From Planctomycetota bacterium (GTDB taxonomy: Bacteria; Planctomycetota; Phycisphaerae; UBA1845): a DNA stretch of 64,000 nt. How positions within the stretch are numbered: the stretch's first letter is position 1; each line of letters begins with the position of its first letter. The translations under genes and the position numbers were made by a program. Shown in pieces: positions 62,331 through 64,000 of the stretch. The notes beneath the pieces are model-generated. The model did not search any database and was not told the origin of the DNA. It saw only the letters and a list, made by a program, of their open reading frames with translations. The stretch spans positions 3,315 to 67,314 of the forward strand of contig JAZDKM010000247.1 in the NCBI GenBank assembly GCA_043803085.1. Reading direction: 5' to 3'.

Positions 62331-64000
62331 CGTTTACCTCCCGCCAGGGCCGCCAAGGGCGAGTCCTTCTCAACCGAACTTTCCAGGTTCTTCACCGCCT
62401 TCGTCATCTTCGGGGCCGCCTCCGCAATCTCCTGCTGGATGGCCCGCTGCTGCAAGCCCTGAAGGATCGCCTGGTAGTCGTCCTCGGACACGATATGGTC
62501 CTGCTTGAAGTTCTGGGCCTCCGCAAGCTGCTCCAGGATCTGCGACCAGCGGAACTTGTGCACCGTCTCGGGGGCAACCTCGAACACCGCCCGCGCGGGC
62601 CCCATGACCCGATAGAACCGGTCGATGGCCACGTCGTTGATCTCCGTCAGCGAAAGCGGGCCGACGAACTCCACACTGACCTCAGCGTCCTGACTGTACT
62701 CCAACAGGATGTCCGGCGGCTTCGGCAGCTCGCCCCAGTCGTAGGCCGGCTGCGCCCGCCGGCGGGCATCGAAGAAGACATCGTGAATAACGCCCAGGAC
62801 CTGCTGCTCGTACGATTCCACCTGCTCGATCAACTGGATCCCGTTCTCCGCCTGTACCCGACTGAGCGCGTAGGCGGTCTCCGGCTGCGTCTTCTGCATC
62901 ACGATCTGGTTCATCGACATGAAGAACGAGTAATGGAAGTGCCGCTGCACCCCCTGAATCAGCCGCTCGGTGAAGTCGATGCCCGGCTGATAGCGGGTAT
63001 GCCGGTCCAGGTATTGGGGCGGCATATTGTACTCGCTCTCGTTCCGCGCCCAGTTCTGGCCGCCGGGGGCCAGGTCCAGCATACCTCTCAACGCATCCAT
63101 CGCCCAGGTCACCGGCCGAATACTCAACTCGGCCTCCGCAAACAGGCTTTCCCACATACCGTTCAGGCCGCGAATATCGTAAATCGCCCACCACGCCATC
63201 GTCCGGCCGTAGACCTCGTGTTCGTTCCGATGGTAGTGCCAGGAAGCGAATGGCCGGGTGAAATAGCCGGGACCGTAACGCTTCGGCTTCAACAACTTCT
63301 TCGCGTCCGCGCCCGTCGTCTGATACACGATGAAATGCTCCAGCCACGGCCGCGCCTTAGCCAACTCGACCCCGTCGTAAATCGGATCGCCCGACCCATA
63401 GATGGCCTGAAGGTACTTCGTCTTCTCGTAGTGCCGCCCGCTGCGCAACTGCAGCCGGACCGCGTCGGGCAACTGCTCAGGCCCGAAGAACTCCGCCGCC
63501 TGCAACGCCGTCAACTCGTGCAGGACGTGCAGGCAGTTGTCGTGCCCGAACACGTCCTTGTCCAGCCAGACCGAGGCGTAGTCCGGTACACGGCAGATCA
63601 AACGGTCCCGCGCCAGGTCCTGCTGAAAGGTCATTACCGGCGAACCTACGGACCCACCGTCCAGCAGGACGGCCCCGATGACGTCGTACAGGTTCGACCG
63701 CCGCATGTCCGCCTGCAACACCTCCGCCAGGTCCTGGCAGTACCGGTTCACCTCGTCGTTGCCCGTGAACTGCACCCCCGTCCACCGCGGCGGGTCCCGT
63801 ACCACCTCCCGAAACCACTCCCGGCCCGGCCGCCGCGACATCATGCCCACCCGGAAACCACGCGCCCAGATCTGCAAGGCATGGACCGCCGTCCCCTCCA
63901 CGATCTCCGAGCCCTCGAACGCGCCCTCTGTCTTCGGGCCCACGAGACCCGCTACCAGATCCGGCCGACAGACCTCCACAATGGCGTCCCGCTGCGCATC
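62327..64000 (-). CDS. Portal (head-tail connector) protein B, 5'-truncated by the window
   Basis: T7/BPP-1-type portal motifs (RSNLY, E.YGR, TAYALSR, VEFVGPL). Confidence 0.85.
   Translation of the reverse strand, partial: DAQRDAIVEVCRPDLVAGLVGPKTEGAFEGSEIVEGTAVHALQIWARGFRVGMMSRRPGREWFREVVRDPPRWTGVQFTGNDEVNRYCQDLAEVLQADMRRSNLYDVIGAVLLDGGSVGSPVMTFQQDLARDRLICRVPDYASVWLDKDVFGHDNCLHVLHELTALQAAEFFGPEQLPDAVRLQLRSGRHYEKTKYLQAIYGSGDPIYDGVELAKARPWLEHFIVYQTTGADAKKLLKPKRYGPGYFTRPFASWHYHRNEHEVYGRTMAWWAIYDIRGLNGMWESLFAEAELSIRPVTWAMDALRGMLDLAPGGQNWARNESEYNMPPQYLDRHTRYQPGIDFTERLIQGVQRHFHYSFFMSMNQIVMQKTQPETAYALSRVQAENGIQLIEQVESYEQQVLGVIHDVFFDARRRAQPAYDWGELPKPPDILLEYSQDAEVSVEFVGPLSLTEINDVAIDRFYRVMGPARAVFEVAPETVHKFRWSQILEQLAEAQNFKQDHIVSEDDYQAILQGLQQRAIQQEIAEAAPKMTKAVKNLESSVEKDSPLAALAGGKR

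Larger units (their letters stand above)
48190..64000 (-). mobile_element. Second phage structural module B (BPP-1-like portal, scaffold, capsid, cement, plus signal-peptide proteins); continues off the right end
   Basis: Its portal, scaffold, capsid and cement genes are unrelated in sequence to those of element A. Confidence 0.75.

Overview
This high-GC window consists entirely of tailed-phage (podovirus-like) DNA; no host housekeeping genes, rRNA, tRNA or CRISPR arrays were seen. It carries two non-identical head-morphogenesis modules, both on the minus strand. The left element (about 1-48,180) has an integrase, ERF/exonuclease recombination genes, RuvC, CsrA, an intein-containing helicase, a replication initiator with iteron-like repeats, a plus-strand early cassette region, a two-frame C5 methyltransferase, terminase, portal, scaffold, major capsid, tail and internal virion genes. 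The right element (about 48,190-64,000) has a BPP-1-like portal, scaffold, capsid and cement set, followed by six consecutive genes and then stops without recognisable tail-tube genes. The most striking signal is that in both modules the proteins encoded downstream of the capsid gene look like virion fibre or decoration proteins yet begin with classic Sec-type signal peptides (MKR-hydrophobic-AxA/G). Many also carry D-[P/A/V]-N motifs, two share a C-terminal NWW-x-x-RR tail, and a SEC-C protein lies next to one capsid gene. This suggests exported, possibly periplasm-modified virion parts; the host is inferred to be a planctomycete. All product calls come from motif recognition by eye; no database searches were run.
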